Positions 10,647 through 25,400 are shown, numbered from the stretch's first letter. The stretch: DNA of 63,551 nucleotides from Peribolospora baueri (GCA_029717555.1 JAMDHS010000109.1:1-63551), one strand, 5' to 3'. The notes: a model not told the origin generated them from the letters alone. Program-made: numbers and translations.

Positions 10647-13600
10647 ATGCGCTTTCTCGCCGCCCTCGTCGGCTCGTTCCTCCTCGCCGCCGCCTCCGCC
10701 TCGGCCACGGAGCACGTCCGGCCGAACACGCTCCCCCGCCCCCTCCACCGCTCCTCCTCCTTCGCCCCCGCCAGCCACGGGCACTCCCCCTCCCGCTCGC
10801 GCCGCCAGTACGTCGACCAGCAGAGCCCACTCTCCTACGCCGGCCCCATCTGGAGCCTCGGCTCCAAGACCAACCCCAGCGGCCAGTCCGACCCGCACGT
10901 CGTCGGCCTCCACTGGCACCTCCACAACCACAACCGTTCCGTCGCCGTCCCCGCCCAGTTCCCCAGCTTGGCCCACCTCGATCTCATTCGCGCAGGCGTC
11001 ATCGCCGACCCAAACGTCGGCCTCAACGAGGGAACAGAACGCTGGATCATCTACGACAACTGGACTTACACCGCCGACCTCACCCCGCTGATCCAGCAGA
11101 CCAACTTCAAGGACTATGACACCGTACGTCCTCTATCTTTGCTTCTTCTCCTTCCTCTTCCCCGCTTTTTCTTCTCTTTTTTCTTCCTTTCCTGCGCGTA
11201 TGCCTTCTTTACGCTGACGACCTTGGACGCGCTGACCCTCCTTTTCCTCTCGCAGTACATTCTCGTCTTCCAAGGCCTCGACACTGTCGCCAATATCACC
11301 ATCGGCGGCAAGGACGTCGCCTGGGTCAACAACCAGTTCCGCCAGTGGGAGTTCGACGTCACCCAACAGCTCAACGCGGCCGCCTCCTCGCCCGCCCACC
11401 GCAACCTGACCATTGAATTCGAGTCCAGTTACCTCTACGCCAAGAACGTGTCCGAACAGCCCGGCCAAGAGTACTTCCCCACCTCGCCCATCGTCACCAC
11501 CCAGGTGTACGAGTTCGAGTACAGGAACTTTATCCGCAAGCAGCAGAGCGATTTCGGTTGGGACTGGGGCCCGGCTTACATCCCCTCCGGCCCTCACAAG
11601 CCGGCGTACATCGTCGGTCTCAAGGGCTCCTCGTCGTCCGGCAACTCGAAACGCCTGGCCGACGACGGCGACCGCTTCGCCCAGATGCAGCTCGACAGCC
11701 GCGGCGAAATGTGGGACGTCCGCGCGGAGCAGACGGACGACTGCGAGGAGATGGACACCACCACCACCACCTCCTCCTCCTCCTCCTCGTCTTCTGCAAA
11801 CCAAGGCAAGGCAGAGACCGTCTTCATCTCCGAAACCTCCGTTGACATTTATCGCAAGGGTCAGGTGAACAACCTCCCGCCGTCGCAGACGGCCAACTGG
11901 ATCGTCAACGTCTCCCTCGCCCTTCACTCCACCGCCTCTCACAGCTCCCCGCACGTCTACCTCTCCCTCGACGGCACCAACCACGCCTCCGGCGCGCTCC
12001 CCGTCAAGTCCATCGTCAAGGGCTACAACACCAACATCACCGCCTCCTTCGAGATCCCGGGATCCGGCAGCGACACCCCGGAGCTCTGGTGGCCCAAGGT
12101 GTTCGGCAACCCGAAGCTGTACAACCTCTCCATCGCCCTCGACCTCGGCTCCGGTTCGAGCCAGGGCGGTGGAAACAACAAGGTGGAGATCAAGAAACGC
12201 ACCGGCTTCAGGACGATCGTCGTCGATCAGGAGCCGTACACTTCCCAGGAGGTCTCACAGGGAAAGCAGCCGGGTAATAAGTTCCAGATGCAGATCAATG
12301 GACGGCCGTTCTTTGCTCAGGGCAGCTCGTGAGTCTGGTGCGGTGCGGGGTGTCAAAGTGGACCCGCGGTCTTACCGTTCTTCCTTCTTTGCTCTCCTCT
12401 GCCTCTGCTTCCGTGCTCCCTCTGTTTGACCTCCTTCCTCTCTTCTCCAGCATCATCCCCTTCGACACCTTTTACCCGCGCGTAAACACCTCCACCCTCC
12501 GCTGGCACATCCAGTCCGCCCTTCACGCCAAGCAGACCGTGCTGCGCGTCTGGGGAGGCGCTAGCTACCAGAGCGATGAATTTTATGACCTCTGCGATGA
12601 GCTCGGTATCCTCGCTTGGAGCGAATTTATTGCTGCTTGCTCTATGTATCCTGGTGGGTCGCCATACCGTTCCGGAGGGAGGGAGAGATGAGCTGACACG
12701 TCTGCCTCCTCGTACCGCCTCGTCGCAGTCGATAAGCCCTTTGTGGAGAACGCGGTTGCTGAGCTCAGTCAGAACGTCCGGCGCACGAACAGGCACCCCT
12801 CCGTCGCGCTCTGGGCCGGCAACAACGAAGGAGAAGGTCCGAAATCAGATTTCATTCGACCCCCGTTCTTCTTTGCCCGCCTTTTTTCGACATGCCACCC
12901 GTTCGTTGTTCGCGCTGACCGCCCCCGTTTCGTTCCGTTTGGACGTGGGCAGGTTACATGCTCAACGCTGTGGCTCAGCTGAAGAACGGCTCGATCTACG
13001 AGGTGCGGACGAGGTGCTCCTCTCGCTCTCCCTTCCTCTCGTCGCGGCTCACCGTGAGATCCTCCTTGCCCCGGTTCGCGCTCCCGCAGGACCAATACAA
13101 CTACCTGTTCAATGACGTCCTCCGCAACACCGTCCTCGCCAACACCAAGGCTATTAGCTACATCCCCTCGTCCACCACCGCCGGTTACATCTCCCTCAAC
13201 CCGTACGTGCCTCGGTACAACAACAAGACTGCCGGCTCGAACTACGGCGACCAGGAGCACTACGACTACGACGTTTCCGTCGCCTTCCATCTGTCCACCT
13301 ACCCCGTCGCCCGCTTCGTTAACGAGTTCGGCATGCACTCCATGCCCTCCGTGTACACCTGGGACCGCGTCCTGACCAGCCCCGCCGCGTACACCATGAA
13401 CGGCACCGAGGTGGCCAACCACGACAAGCACAACCCGCCCGGGTCGACGGAGTACCCCTACTTCCCCGCCGACGGACAGGCGCAGCTCACTGAGGCCGTG
13501 CAGGAGTACTACCCCACCCCAAACGTGCTTGGCGACGTACGAAAGACGTTTGCCCAGTGGGCCTACTCCACCCAGGTCTTCCAGGCCCAGTACATGGCCA

Positions 13601-14939
13601 GCCAGATCTATTACTATCGGTGGGGCCCGACACCGACGGTTGAAACATTCTCTCACCGTCTTTTCTTTTCTTCCCCTTTGGCTGACAAAGCCCTCCTCCT
13701 TCCTTCCTTTCCTGCAGGCTCGGCGCGAGCCGACCGGAGAACAACCTCGGCGCGCTGTACTGGCAGTAAGTGACGCGTTTTGGCGCACCGTTCGTTCGGG
13801 ACGGCGAGTCATGGGCATCTGCGCTGGCCGCTCAACTCACATTTGCCGCTCGCTACTTTCCGTTCTCTTCCCTTCCCATCCCCCGCTCGTTCGTGCCTTT
13901 TTCTCGCAGGCTTAACGACATTTGGGAGGGTAGCACTTGGTCGTCCATCGAGTATGGCGGCAGGTGGAAAGTGTTCCATTACGTCGCCGCCCGTGTACAG
14001 TGAGTTTTCGACGTGTGCCGACGTGCCGGTCATCGTAGACGTGTGATTCGGGATGGGGGATGGGGGATGGGGAGACGCGGTGACTGACGTGATCGCCGCC
14101 CTTCCCCCTCTTGGCTTTCAGGGACCGCGTGATCAGTGAGTGACCCGGAAGATCCAGCTGCGCTCCAAGCCGGGATACGACGCTTACCCGCCGCCTGCCT
14201 GCCTGTCCTTGCTCGCTTCAGTACACCCGACTTACTACGCCGAGAACAAGACTCTCGAGCTCTACGTCACGTCTGACCTTTGGCAGTCGGCCGCTGGCAC
14301 GGCCACCTGGACGTGGTACGACTTTTCGGGCAAGCAACTTGCCCACACTACCAAGCCCTTCACCGTCGGCAGCCTCAGCTCGCACAAGCTCTACACCTCC
14401 CCATCTGGCTCGCTCCAAGACCTCGTGCCCAAAGGCGCGGACCCTACGAACGCCTGGCTCCATCTCGAGGTCCAAGCCAAGGACCAGAGCGGCAGGTTGT
14501 ACTACAACGAGCAGTTCTGGCAGCCGGAGTACCTCAGCAAGTCTCCGCTCCAGGACCCGCACGTCCAGATCAAGTCCCTCGGCGGGAACAAGTTTCAAGT
14601 GTCCGCCACCGGAGGCGTGGCCGCTTGGGTCAACGGTGAGTTTGGGACGACGGTCTCGATCGGTCGGTTGTGCCTCGCCATCCATCCATCCGTCCGTCCG
14701 ACGATGGGAGCGCCCCCACGCGTTCGCTCACCTCTATTCCATCCTATCGCATCGCAGTCGAACATCCGCCTGGCGTCACCGGCTACTTCTCGTCCGTCGA
14801 TCACGGCCTCCCCTCCAACGACTTCTACCTCCGCCCCGGTTCCCCTCGCGTGCTCCAGTTCAACGTCTTCGAGGATACCACTGGCGGCGCTTGGGCCAAC
14901 CACCTCACCGCGCGCAGCTTCTGGGACAACACGCATTGA
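10647..14939 (+). CDS. Secreted glycoside hydrolase family 2 beta-mannosidase, multi-exon
   Basis: Signal peptide MRFLAALVGSFLLAAASA; FQGLDTVANI, RKQQSDFGWDWGPA, LRVWGGASYQSDEFYDLCDELGILAWSEF, HPSVALWAGNNEGE (acid/base), RFVNEFGMHSMPS (nucleophile), LNDIWEGSTWSSIEYGGRWK. Confidence 0.93.
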
Positions 14940-15432
14940 TTCGTCCGATACGGGAACGCGTGCACATTTTATCTCCCTTGCTTGTCCGCACTGCCGGCCA
15001 ACACGAAAACGCGTACCGACATTCTTAACTCTTCCCTATCGGTTTCCCCCCGCAACAATCCTATTCCTTCCTAGGCATCGTTCACCATCTGGACACGTCC
15101 CCTCTTTGCCCATCGCTCCGATCCGAGTTCGAGCAGACGCGCCCGTTTGTTTGTACGCTAGCCCTACCGTGAAGGAAACACGATTCCCGCCAAGGTGCCG
15201 CACGCCTTCACATGTACCGCGCAACCTTTGGCCGTCCATCCATCCGTCCGTCCATGCATTCCTGATGATATTGGTCGCTGACAGCTTTCGTATGGCCTTT
15301 TTTCCGTTCATTCCCCGCCCTGCTCGCCTGCTTTCCATCCCGTTCCGTCGTCCCCTTTTCACCCTCGCCCCACCGTCGTCCTCCGTAACGCTTTCCTTCT
15401 TTCCTTCCTTCCTTCCTTCGTTCTTTCACCTC

Positions 15433-18400
15433 TCACTCCTCTCGCCCATCTCGTGCCTCGTCCACCAACCGGCCGTCCACGGCAGGCGCCACCACGGCCA
15501 GGTCCCCATCCTCCCTCCTCAACGCCGCCTCGTCCACATCCATCTCCTTCCGCTTGCCCTCCGTCTCCGACTCGTCCGCATCCCCCCCGTACCCCTTCGA
15601 CGCGCGGTCGTGCATCGAGTGGCGCTCGTTATCGCCCACGTGCAGCGCGTCCGCGATCGTCCGCGGCGCGTGGTCCACCACCAGTCGACGCGCCGACGCC
15701 GACGCCGAGGCGAGCTTAGCATCGTCGACCGTCGAGTTCGCACCGCGACGGATGGCATTTGGCGAGGTGGGAAGGGACCGCGTCTCGTCGCGAGCCGTCT
15801 TGACGATGTCGCTCGTGCGTGAGGAAAGGTGGTCGTCGTCGTGGTGCTCTCGGAGCTGCTTCAGGCGCCAGATGTAGCTCGCCCCGATGAGGTACTTACG
15901 TACCATCGTCGACATTAGAACGCCTGAAGTTGCCGGGAAAGACAAGGAGAGCAGCGGGAGCAGAAGCGGCGCCGTGTCAGAAGGAGTATCCATGGCTACT
16001 CGCGCGGACTCTCGATCAGTCTGCCAACCTACCATTCTCGTCATCACTGCGGTTGTGGAACATCAAAACACCACAAATCAGAGTCCACGTTCGCCCTATA
16101 CATCCTGGAGGGCACGGAACCGAGCTCACATGATGTACCTGCCCGTCTTCAGCGCCTCATAGCCGTCCCAACCTTGTGCCACTGTTAAAGAGGAAGGTGT
16201 GTCGTTTAGCACATCTCTTTGGCTACTCCATATCGCCAGAGTCGTTCACGTTACACACGCACTGTATTCTCTGGTGACGACCCTGTACGTGTCCTCCTTC
16301 TTGAGCGGACCCATAACCTTGAGCGGCAGTCGCCGCACCTCAATCGTACACCCTCCGTCCTCGTTGGGACGATGGTTGTGCACCTCGTAGGAGCAGCCGT
16401 TGTCAATATCCTGCGCCTCGCGGTGGTTCCCATCGAGCAGGTCGACGGAAAGGACTCGCGAGCCTGGAGGCTTGGTGGAGTCCCAGCGGACTTTGAGACC
16501 GGCCACGACGGGGAAGCGACTAATTGGAGAAAAAAAAAGTGCGGTAGAAATGAGCGAATAGGGACAGCACGAGGAGACGCTTTTTGAGACGCTCGAGGTC
16601 GAACTGACCGCTTACCCTTCTTGAGCAGGATACTGGCTAAAGCCGTTCTCAAGGGCGTCCCAAATCGCTTGACCGCTTAGCTCCTTCACCACTATCGGGT
16701 CCTGGGGGTTGAACCGTCAATCGAATGAAGCCGAGTGGAAGAGAATGTCCTAAACGCTCACTTCAAAAGGAAGTATTTCGAGGATGTCGCCGATGGAGAC
16801 CAAGCCGGGCCCGTAAACGCTATCTCCTCGCAAACTTCCGCCGCAGATAAAGGCACAGTCCACGTGCCTCGGCCGCTCATCCTCATCATCCTCGCCGGCC
16901 TCTTCTTCCGCCGCCTCTTTCGCTTTCTTGTTCCCGTTACTGAGCGTCTCCTCATAGCTCGCCATGAGAATGTCTGCGACCAGGTCGCCAAAGGCGCTTT
17001 CGCGAGTGCGGACGATGTCGCTGCGCACGTCCCATGGCGTGAGCGTCCAGCAGACTGGCTGGGAGGTGGACTTGCTGATCTTGCGCAGGAGATCGTCAAG
17101 AAGCTTCTGAAGGTGCGGAGATGAGGGGTCTTCCGGGCGGGTTCGGTGGCGCTTGACTGGATTGAGACGTTCGTGAAGGGGAAGAGACAAGGAATATCCA
17201 TGAGATGAGGCGGGCCGTCGTTCGGCAGGTCGTCCAGCAGGGGAGAGAGAGGATCTGGCATAACGCTTATGCTCACCGTTCAGTGCCTTTACCTTCGCTC
17301 TCCCTTCCCCGCTCTCCTGCAGAACCAACTCGATTTCGCTCAAGTCCCTAAAGTCCGTCCCGCTCTTAACGAGCAGTGCATCCTCATCCTCCTCCGCTCC
17401 TGCTACGTCTTGGTCGAACGGTTCGCCTTGGTACTGTGCGGCTTTACCGACATAATACATATGATCGTGGCCACCTAAAACTAGATCAATTCCGTAGGGG
17501 TGAGAACGGGTCGCATTGCAAAATTGGACGTCCTGAGAAGATGAGATCACAAGGATTGACGATAGCGTCAACACCAATAGCCCGTCTGCCTGCTGATGTA
17601 TGGTACTTTTCACAAAGAGGCCAACGTACATTGGGTAGCCGAGCGTGAGTGAGAGCAATGACAACGTCGCAGCCATGTTGTTTGCGGAGCTCTTCGGAGA
17701 GCTCGAGGCCGGTGTTGACCATGTCTTTGTACTTGAAGTTTGTAGGAAAGGAGGGGATCGTGGCTATCCATTCTCTGGGTTGACGTGGGGGTAGTCATGC
17801 AGGATCAGCCAGACGTAGAAATCACACCCTTGTCCGTACCTCCTACTCACTCACTTCTCAACAAGGCCTATCACCCCCACTTTAACGCCGTTCACTTCCT
17901 TGACTAAGTAGCGTTGAGTACCTTGCACTTGTCCACGGCGCTTAGGATCGTTGAGCACATGGACGTCCACCATGTTAGAGAACAGCCAGGGAAAGTTGCA
18001 CTTGGCCATTACCTTAGTCAGATGAGGCATTCTTTCAAGACGATGATGTCGTTGACGGCGGTTGGTCGGGAAGAGGCGTCAGTGTGGACTAAAGTGAGCT
18101 TTAGCGACCTAGTGGTCGTGCGCCGTTTCATGTCCTCGTGCTCACCCAAAATCCATATCATGGTTGCCAACACAGCCAGCGTCAATAGTGCAGGCGTTCA
18201 GGACGGGAATCTGCAGAAACGCAGCCGGGAGCAAGTGACATGTCAGCCTGATATCAAATCGACGCACAGCCGCGCGAGGATCTTCCACCTACTTACCATG
18301 TGCTCCCCTCTCGTGACACTCTACAAGAGGGAGAAATTAAGGGATATTTTCAAATTTGGTTCCACCCGAGAGCAAACCAGACGCCGCTGGAAGCTACTCA

Positions 18401-18632
18401 CCGACTCCAGACTCGGGTTAAGACTATCCCCCGAAAAGAGCACTAGGCCATCGCCGCCGTCTTGCTTCCATCTCCTCCGCAAGTTCTCTATCTTGGCAGC
18501 AAACTGGTCCGCCTGAATAAAAGTCTCCTTGGGTTTGCTCGAAATTTTCTGTCGCACCCTGTACACGTCGTTGAAGTGCGCTATGCGCTGCGAACGCGAA
18601 GAGAAGACGGTCGAGGAGAAAGTGCTCGTCAT
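15433..18632 (-). CDS. 5'-nucleotidase / calcineurin-like metallophosphoesterase with 5'-nucleotidase C-terminal domain
   Basis: IAHFNDVY, LVLFSGDSLNPSLES, GNHD-type exon near 18150-18170, IALTHAR, DLVLGGHDHMY, VKSGTDFRDLS, RTRESAFGDLVADIL, ICGGSLRGD, DILEILPFE; no signal peptide seen. Confidence 0.9.
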
Positions 18633-18838
18633 TTTGACAGCTCCTCAGTGTCGCGCGTCCAGCAGGTCGTAACTCACAAGCGTCTTAGTAGCCATTCCGA
18701 TCCGGGATGATGCTGGGATGGACGCAGAACGGTGCCACGGGCCGCCGGCATTGATCGTCGCGGGCGACTCGCCGCAGCACGACGAACCCACCATCTATCC
18801 ATCCCCGCCCGGTCTGCTTGTCATCTGGTCCGCCAAAC

Positions 18839-20152
18839 ATGGCGACAGCATCACCACAGCCGCTGCTCCCGACGGACCCCATCTACCGCCGTCCTTCCTA
18901 CTCCAGTTCCTCAGCTGCTCCGTCTCGCTTTCGCCACCGCGGTACGGCAGAGCAACTGCGACATGACCGAATCAACGTCGCCAGGCTGGTGGTCAACTTG
19001 GAGAGGAGCGTGCAGGAGCTGGCTGCAGAGCGGAGGTTGGACGAGCAGGGGAGCAAGCGGAGGTGGTGGGATTCTTTGAGCCTTTTAGCCGTGAGTCAGG
19101 CTGTCCTTTTTTTCTGTTTCGACGGACTGTACGGGCTGGTCAGGCTGGATTGACGAGGCTCGTGTCGTCAACGTCCACAATCGCCGGCTACAGGAAGTGG
19201 AACATGCTCAAGGACTGCTCGTCAACGTCAGGGAGTCATCTGGGTCTGCTGGTTCTTCGTCTCCGAGGTGAGAATCCTGGGTGTTAGGTCCAGCGTGTCG
19301 CCTATGGTGTTGAACCTTTTAAAACCCGCTTTATCTGATCGTACCTCTCCAAAACCAAGCTCCTCCTCATTGAGGCCGGCGCTTGAGGACCTGGAAGCGC
19401 GGCTCGCCCGCATCGAAGCGAGTGCTAAGATCGCTCATGACAACTCGACTCGGCCTGTGGCTCCCTCCGCACCCTCCATCACGGCCCGAGTGCGACGCAA
19501 TCTGCTCAAGCCTCCCCCCGCTGCAGTGGCCATTCCTCCTGCCGTCCCTTCTCCAGAAAGGGACGACGTGCTCGGCGCGACGTCGACGAGCGAAGATGCC
19601 TCTGTACCTGTTTCCGAGGGTACGGAGCTCAACTCTCCCCTTCACAAGCGCTCGCCTTCAAACTCTCCCAGGTCTTCACCGCCGGTACCTGTCAGTCCGA
19701 CGCACATGCGCGCGCGTTCCCGCTCGGCTCGTGACGACTTGCTCGGAGGGGATGATGCCTCCGGCGCGCCCACTGCGGTTCCGGGCGCCGGCGATTACAA
19801 ACCGGCGGGGGTGAGGAAAGGGGCGACGACGGACACGACGCCGCGGAGCATCGACACGCTCCTCCAACACCACCGCGAGACTCAGGACAGCCTCACTGCC
19901 GACCTGGCGCTCATGGCGTCTCGTCTGAAAGCGAACACGCTCGCCTTCTCACACTCGCTCGATGAAGACAAGCAGGTGCTTGAGGATGCTGCAGGGAAGC
20001 TGGAGGGCAATCTTACAAGGATGCAGAAAGAGGGAGGGAGGCTGAAGACATATACGGGCGAGAACAGGGGGACGACTTGCTTGACTTTGGGCGCCATCGC
20101 CGTCGTCGTCATCGCTTGGTGCTTCATGTTCGTCGTCATCCGCATCACCTGA
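18839..20152 (+). CDS. USE1: ER Q-SNARE Use1/Slt1
   Basis: C-terminal SNARE helix LLQHHRETQDSLTADLALMASRLKANTLAFSHSLDEDKQVLE...NLTRMQKEGGRL followed by a tail-anchor TM ending VVIRIT; divergent from the 5'-nucleotidase gene across ~200 bp. Confidence 0.82.
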
Positions 20153-20637
20153 ACTCGCAAGGCAATCGCTACTGATTTTCCCCGTGCATGACGGCGAAGG
20201 CAGACGACAATCTCATGTGCTCAACAGTCCCGAGCTGCGATCGCTGCACCGCTTGAATGCTACGCGCTCGGTGACCGTCACTGAGAGGTAGAACTGGCAG
20301 CGCTTAGTTTATTGTAAAATAGAAATGTTGGTAGGAACGTTGCAGCGAAGACAAGGAAAGAAGGAGGGGGAAAAGAGAAAAAAGAAAAAGAAGAAGAATG
20401 AACTGCAGCATTGAGGATTCCCGCGTGGTCCCCCACCGCAGTACTGACTCAACGGTACCATGCTTAACTTTGCAGATCGGACGGGATGCAGTGCTTTCAT
20501 GGTCCTATGGCCGCAGATAAAGATACACATTCGATCAGCCTTCATATGCCTCTCTCCACCGCCGCGCTGTCCACCTCGATCGCCTTCCTCTGCTCGCTAG
20601 CAGACGACACCTCCTCTTCCAACCACCCTCGCCCGCC

Positions 20638-21887
20638 ATGCGACCTCCATCCCCCCCTCGCTTCTCCCCGCTTCCCCTCTTTATCCTCTCCCTCCCTCTT
20701 CTCGTCCTCTTCGTCCGCGCAACACCTTCTTATACGCTACTCCACCGCCTCGCCCCTGCGCCATACACACCCCGAGCCCATCTCCGAGTCGGCTCGGACG
20801 GTGACGATGCGCTCTTCTTCCAGAACCTCGACGGCATGATGCCTCCTCATTCTTCTGCCGGCGTGCCGGAGGGAAGGGCAGATGGGTCTGTGAAGGACAT
20901 GGGAACGGGCGTGTATCAAGTCAAGCTGGTGAGGGGAGAGGTGAAGGACAGCGATATGGTCGGCGACGACGTCCAGGGCCCAACTGCCTTTGTGACAGAG
21001 GTAAGTGGGTCCGCGTTTGCGTGCACAGACGGGCGGGCAGGCAGGCAGGCAGTCGAGCTTGCACTCGGGTCGAGGAGACTACCAGTCCTTCCCCGTCGCT
21101 CCCTCTTAACCACTCTGTCTCCTTCGTCATTTCACGATGCAGTGCCTCCTCCGCCACGCCGCCTCGCCCGACGGCCAGCTGCATGACCTCCTCACGCTCT
21201 ATGTCGACCGCGGCGACGTCTCTGCCATCGACTACCACATCACCGACCCAGGCGCGCAGTACAATTGCACCGGCACCGACGCCGATGGAACCCCGGTGAG
21301 CTTCCATTCCTTTCTCTTCGTCTCACCTTGCTTTCGGCATCGCTGGCTGACTTGCCGTGAGGGCGTCTTTCCATGTCTCCGCGTATATCCTGCTGAACCC
21401 TTCAGCTCGAGAGGGCGCCTAGGTTCGATACCCAGGTCGCTCTCCGCTCCCCGAGCCAGCCAACCTTGTGAGCGTCTTCCTTCCTCCTCTCCTCGTCCAA
21501 GTCGAACACTACTTCTTTATGGCCGACACGGCTAACGCACGCTTTCTTTCTTCTGCCCTTCCTTGTCTCTCTCCCCTCTGCCCCTTCTCCCGGACTGAAC
21601 CTCGCCTTCCCTTCCCTTTATTCTTCCTCCCCTCCCGCAGCCCCCGTCTTCAAGAGCCCGTTCCAGTAAAGCCAGACGGCCAGCCGAAGGAGCCAGAGGT
21701 GCAGAAGAGCTGGATCCAGCGCAACTGGTACTACCTCGTCCCCCTCGTCGTGCTTTTGCTCATGCCCGCCCAGCCCGCTGAGGAGGGGCAAGGCGGCAGC
21801 GGTGGTGGGGGAGGAGGAGGTAGAGGAGGAGGAGGAGGAGGAGGAGGAGGAGGTGGTGGTGGTGGTGGTGGTGGGTCCAGGCGCTGA
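20638..21887 (+). CDS. EMC10: ER membrane protein complex subunit 10
   Basis: Signal peptide followed by YTLLHRL; C-terminal KPDGQPKEPEVQKSWIQRNWYYLVPLVVLLLM TM and a Gly-rich tail typical of EMC10. Confidence 0.75.
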
Positions 21888-22450
21888 TCGTTCAATTCGA
21901 CGGAACGACCTGCGTCAGTGCTTATACCAATTTAGAGCGTCACCGCCCCTTTTGGGGGGTTGGGGGGGGGGGTGGCAATTTGTAACGACGCCTGTCGCTC
22001 GCTCGCACGACCCAAATGGAATTCATCCCCCCATCCATCCCTCTCAGGCCGGCCGGTCTTTCATCTTCCCGTCTCTCTCTAGTTTAGTTAGGACCGACAG
22101 GCCTGTCTGTTGCATTCGATCGATTTCGAGCTATCCATCTCTCTGCCGTTCGCCGTCTCTCTCACCTGTCGTCATCTCTTTCGCAGCCGGCTCGAGAGAA
22201 CGACGACTTGACAGAGCAAGGCCGTCCGTCGTAATATTGCAGATGTAACCCGGTCGCACCTGCTCACTCCTTTCGAGGTATACCAGACCAGCTCGGGGCA
22301 ACGCTCCGCGGAGGGAATTTCTCGTTCGGTCGACACACCCACCGGAGCATGACGTTTTTTTTTCTTGCAATTCGCCAGTGACCCCTACTTCAACGCACCC
22401 CATCCACCACCGTCCCGTCCCTCCATCCCTCTGTACCTCCCGTCCCCTCC

Positions 22451-25400
22451 TCATCTGCTCCAGGTGGACAACGAGAACCTCTTCTCCAGCACTGTCTTTA
22501 AGCGGCCGCATAGCTCGCGCGTTGTCATAGACGTCGGCACGAGTTCCGGGTTTTGAGCGACGCTGAGCAGCTCATCGAATAGCGTGTACGGCAACCAGGT
22601 CGCGAGCGACGCTTTCGCAGTGGGCAGCGGCGTCTGAGCGGGAGCGACGGACGACCGAAACGAAGAGGGGGCGGAACGGATCAGTTCTATGTTCCTATCG
22701 TAGTGTCGGCTCCCCCTCTTCACTCACCTTTTCAGTCAACCGAATGGACTGGTCCAAGGCCTCGTCAATCAGGCCGTACCGCAGATACAATCGGATGAGG
22801 CCCGCCGGGTCATTATCGTCGAACCAAGCCAGCAGCCACCGCGGTATCCGCACACGTCTGCCCTCGCTCAAGATCCTCTCGAGAACCACGTGTCGGTAGC
22901 GGAACTGCGACCTCGCGCCCTCGTCATGCTGTTCCAATAACAGGTGCAGGTAATGCCATGCGCGCTCCAACGTCGTCCCTTCCCATGTTGCCACCCGTGG
23001 ACAGGACACCAGCCACTCCGCTTCTGGTCTGAGGGCGCATAACACGATACCCAGCGGTCGGTAGTCAGCACAGGGGCCAGACAGATAGCCGATGAGGCCG
23101 GAGAGATCGGAAGAGGCTGCTCACCCATCCTCAGCGCTAGATGTAGCCAATGCGACGCATCGAGCCGTTACATGCTCAAAAATGCTGGACATGTCCACCT
23201 CCAAAACCCTCGCGAGCGTGGTTGCTTCTTCGAACTTGTCCATTTGCGATAAGAGCGAAACTGCGTCTATCGGGTTCATTGTCATGGCTAGGGAAGACGG
23301 AAGAACGTTTAGGGTGAGCCAATCAGTCAGGGAAAGGAAGCACGGATCGAACGGCACGTAAACGCACTGGACTGCGCTAACTCCGGATACCTGCTCGCCA
23401 GCTGCAGCCGTGCGGCTACGAGCTGGTATTCTCGTCGCATATCTTTGAGGTCGACGACTTGAGTCTCCTTCGTGCTGAGAGCCCAGGTACCCTTGGGTAT
23501 GTAGTGGGACAGTTTCCGACGTTGTCGCGGAGGCTGGGCTGAGAAGCCTGCGCTCTGGTAAGTGACCCAGGCGTAGCGCTTGTCAACGAGAGCGAGCGCA
23601 TTGATGGCGGCAAGATAGCTCCGAGCCTGCATGATCGTGGCATCCATGAGTGTGCCTGGTCGAGACGGCAGGTCTGTGAGCAGTCGAGCTTGCTCATACA
23701 TTGTTTGGGCAGCTGTATGAAACCACGCACAACAGGTGGGTCGACAATTAGAGATCAATGCCCGTCCGTAATTCCTGAGATGGACAAGGCTTAGCTCACC
23801 ACTTCGATAGTCGCCCCTGAACATGTAATATGCATAGAGAACCTGGTGATAGTTTGGGTGTGAAAGAGCGTCCCTATTGCGAGCCCTGAAAGACAACATT
23901 TGCTCAACGTAGGCTTGGAAGCCGGAAAACGGCAGCCTTGTGAGGAGGGCCACCTCGCTGGTCTCGCACATGACCGAGACCAAGTATGTAATCGCCTCTC
24001 TTTTGCTGCATGAACCGGGACAGAGTACGGACGAGGAAAGGTCAGTTTTCTGCCAGCATAACATGAAGTTACTACTACCAGACTCACAGATCCTCATAGG
24101 GTATGTCCATGGCCGTCAAGTACGCCTCCTCATATCGCCCGAGGGCGACTTGCGCGTGGAACAGCTTTCGCCACGAGCTCTTGACGCCTTCATCATCGAC
24201 AGGTACCATCTCTTCCCCTCCGTCCGAGACCTCCTTATTCGCCGCCTCGATAGCGAGCTTTGAGAAGTAGGCGATGTACTCGTGCACGCCAACTTCCTCG
24301 AAACATCCGGAGACGTGTCTGTAGTAAGACGAGAGGCCCGCTTGGACGGATAGAGGAAGCAATCCAGCGACGGTGGACGGGTCGGAGGACAGTATCTTGT
24401 CGCCGACTGGAAGGCGACCGCAACGAGCATTGGTTGAGAAGTTTAGGCAAGATTTCGTGACGTGACAAACCAATCGAACGCTTACCAAGTGTCGCCGCCG
24501 CGTCCTCGAAATTCTGGCGCGCTTCTTCCCACTTGCCCAGCTCCACTTCCAGCCTAGCCTTGATGTACCATCCGCCGCCAGTGTTGTCGAACAAGGGATA
24601 CATCGTTATCAATTGCAGAGCAGGACTAGCAAAGCCAGCTCGCCGCATCTTGTCTGCAAGCAGGACGGACGTTCCGGGCACCTCGATGATGGAGGGAAGG
24701 TCGGCTTGAGAGGTGACCAAGTTGGGAGCTACCGTCCTGAGCAGGGCCGTGGAGAGGTGATATAAAGCATGAGGGAGCATGCGCTGTACATCATCTGATC
24801 GTTGCTCCGCGGTCAAAGAGACCGGCCAGTGGCCTGACTGAAGCAACCGCTGGAGCAAAGCTATCGTGGCAGAAGGGAAAGATGTAGATTCGAGAGCTCG
24901 CGCGTTGCCCACGACGCTCAGACTGCTGAGCTGTCTCGAGAGGCCCTCATCCCCGCCGGCCTCACTGTTCGCCCTCGTTCCGTGCAATTTGAGACTGCTG
25001 CCACCCTGTCGTACGAGCCAGTTGAGGACGCGCAGCTGATGCCAGTTGTTGAGAGCCCGGGAGAGCAGTGGGACAAGCGAAGGGACGAGGTGAACGGCAT
25101 CGGAGCAGGAGACAATGAACAGCAACAGGACAACATGCCGAACGGCGAGGTCATAGCGGACTGCAATGGCTTGGCTGAACGAGTCTGTGAGGAAGGCCAG
25201 CGTCGCTGGACTGCCCTGGGTATTCGTGTTGACCGGCCCGGCCTCCGTCCCCTCGCCGTCTTCTCTTTCTCCTTCCCGCTCTTGGGATGCCACCTCGACG
25301 GACGCGATCAGGTTCTCTGATAATCTCAGCGCCCGCTCGAGCGCTTCACTGCCCATCCTCTCCAACGCACCTTCAACCTTCTTTCCCACGCGCTCGATGC

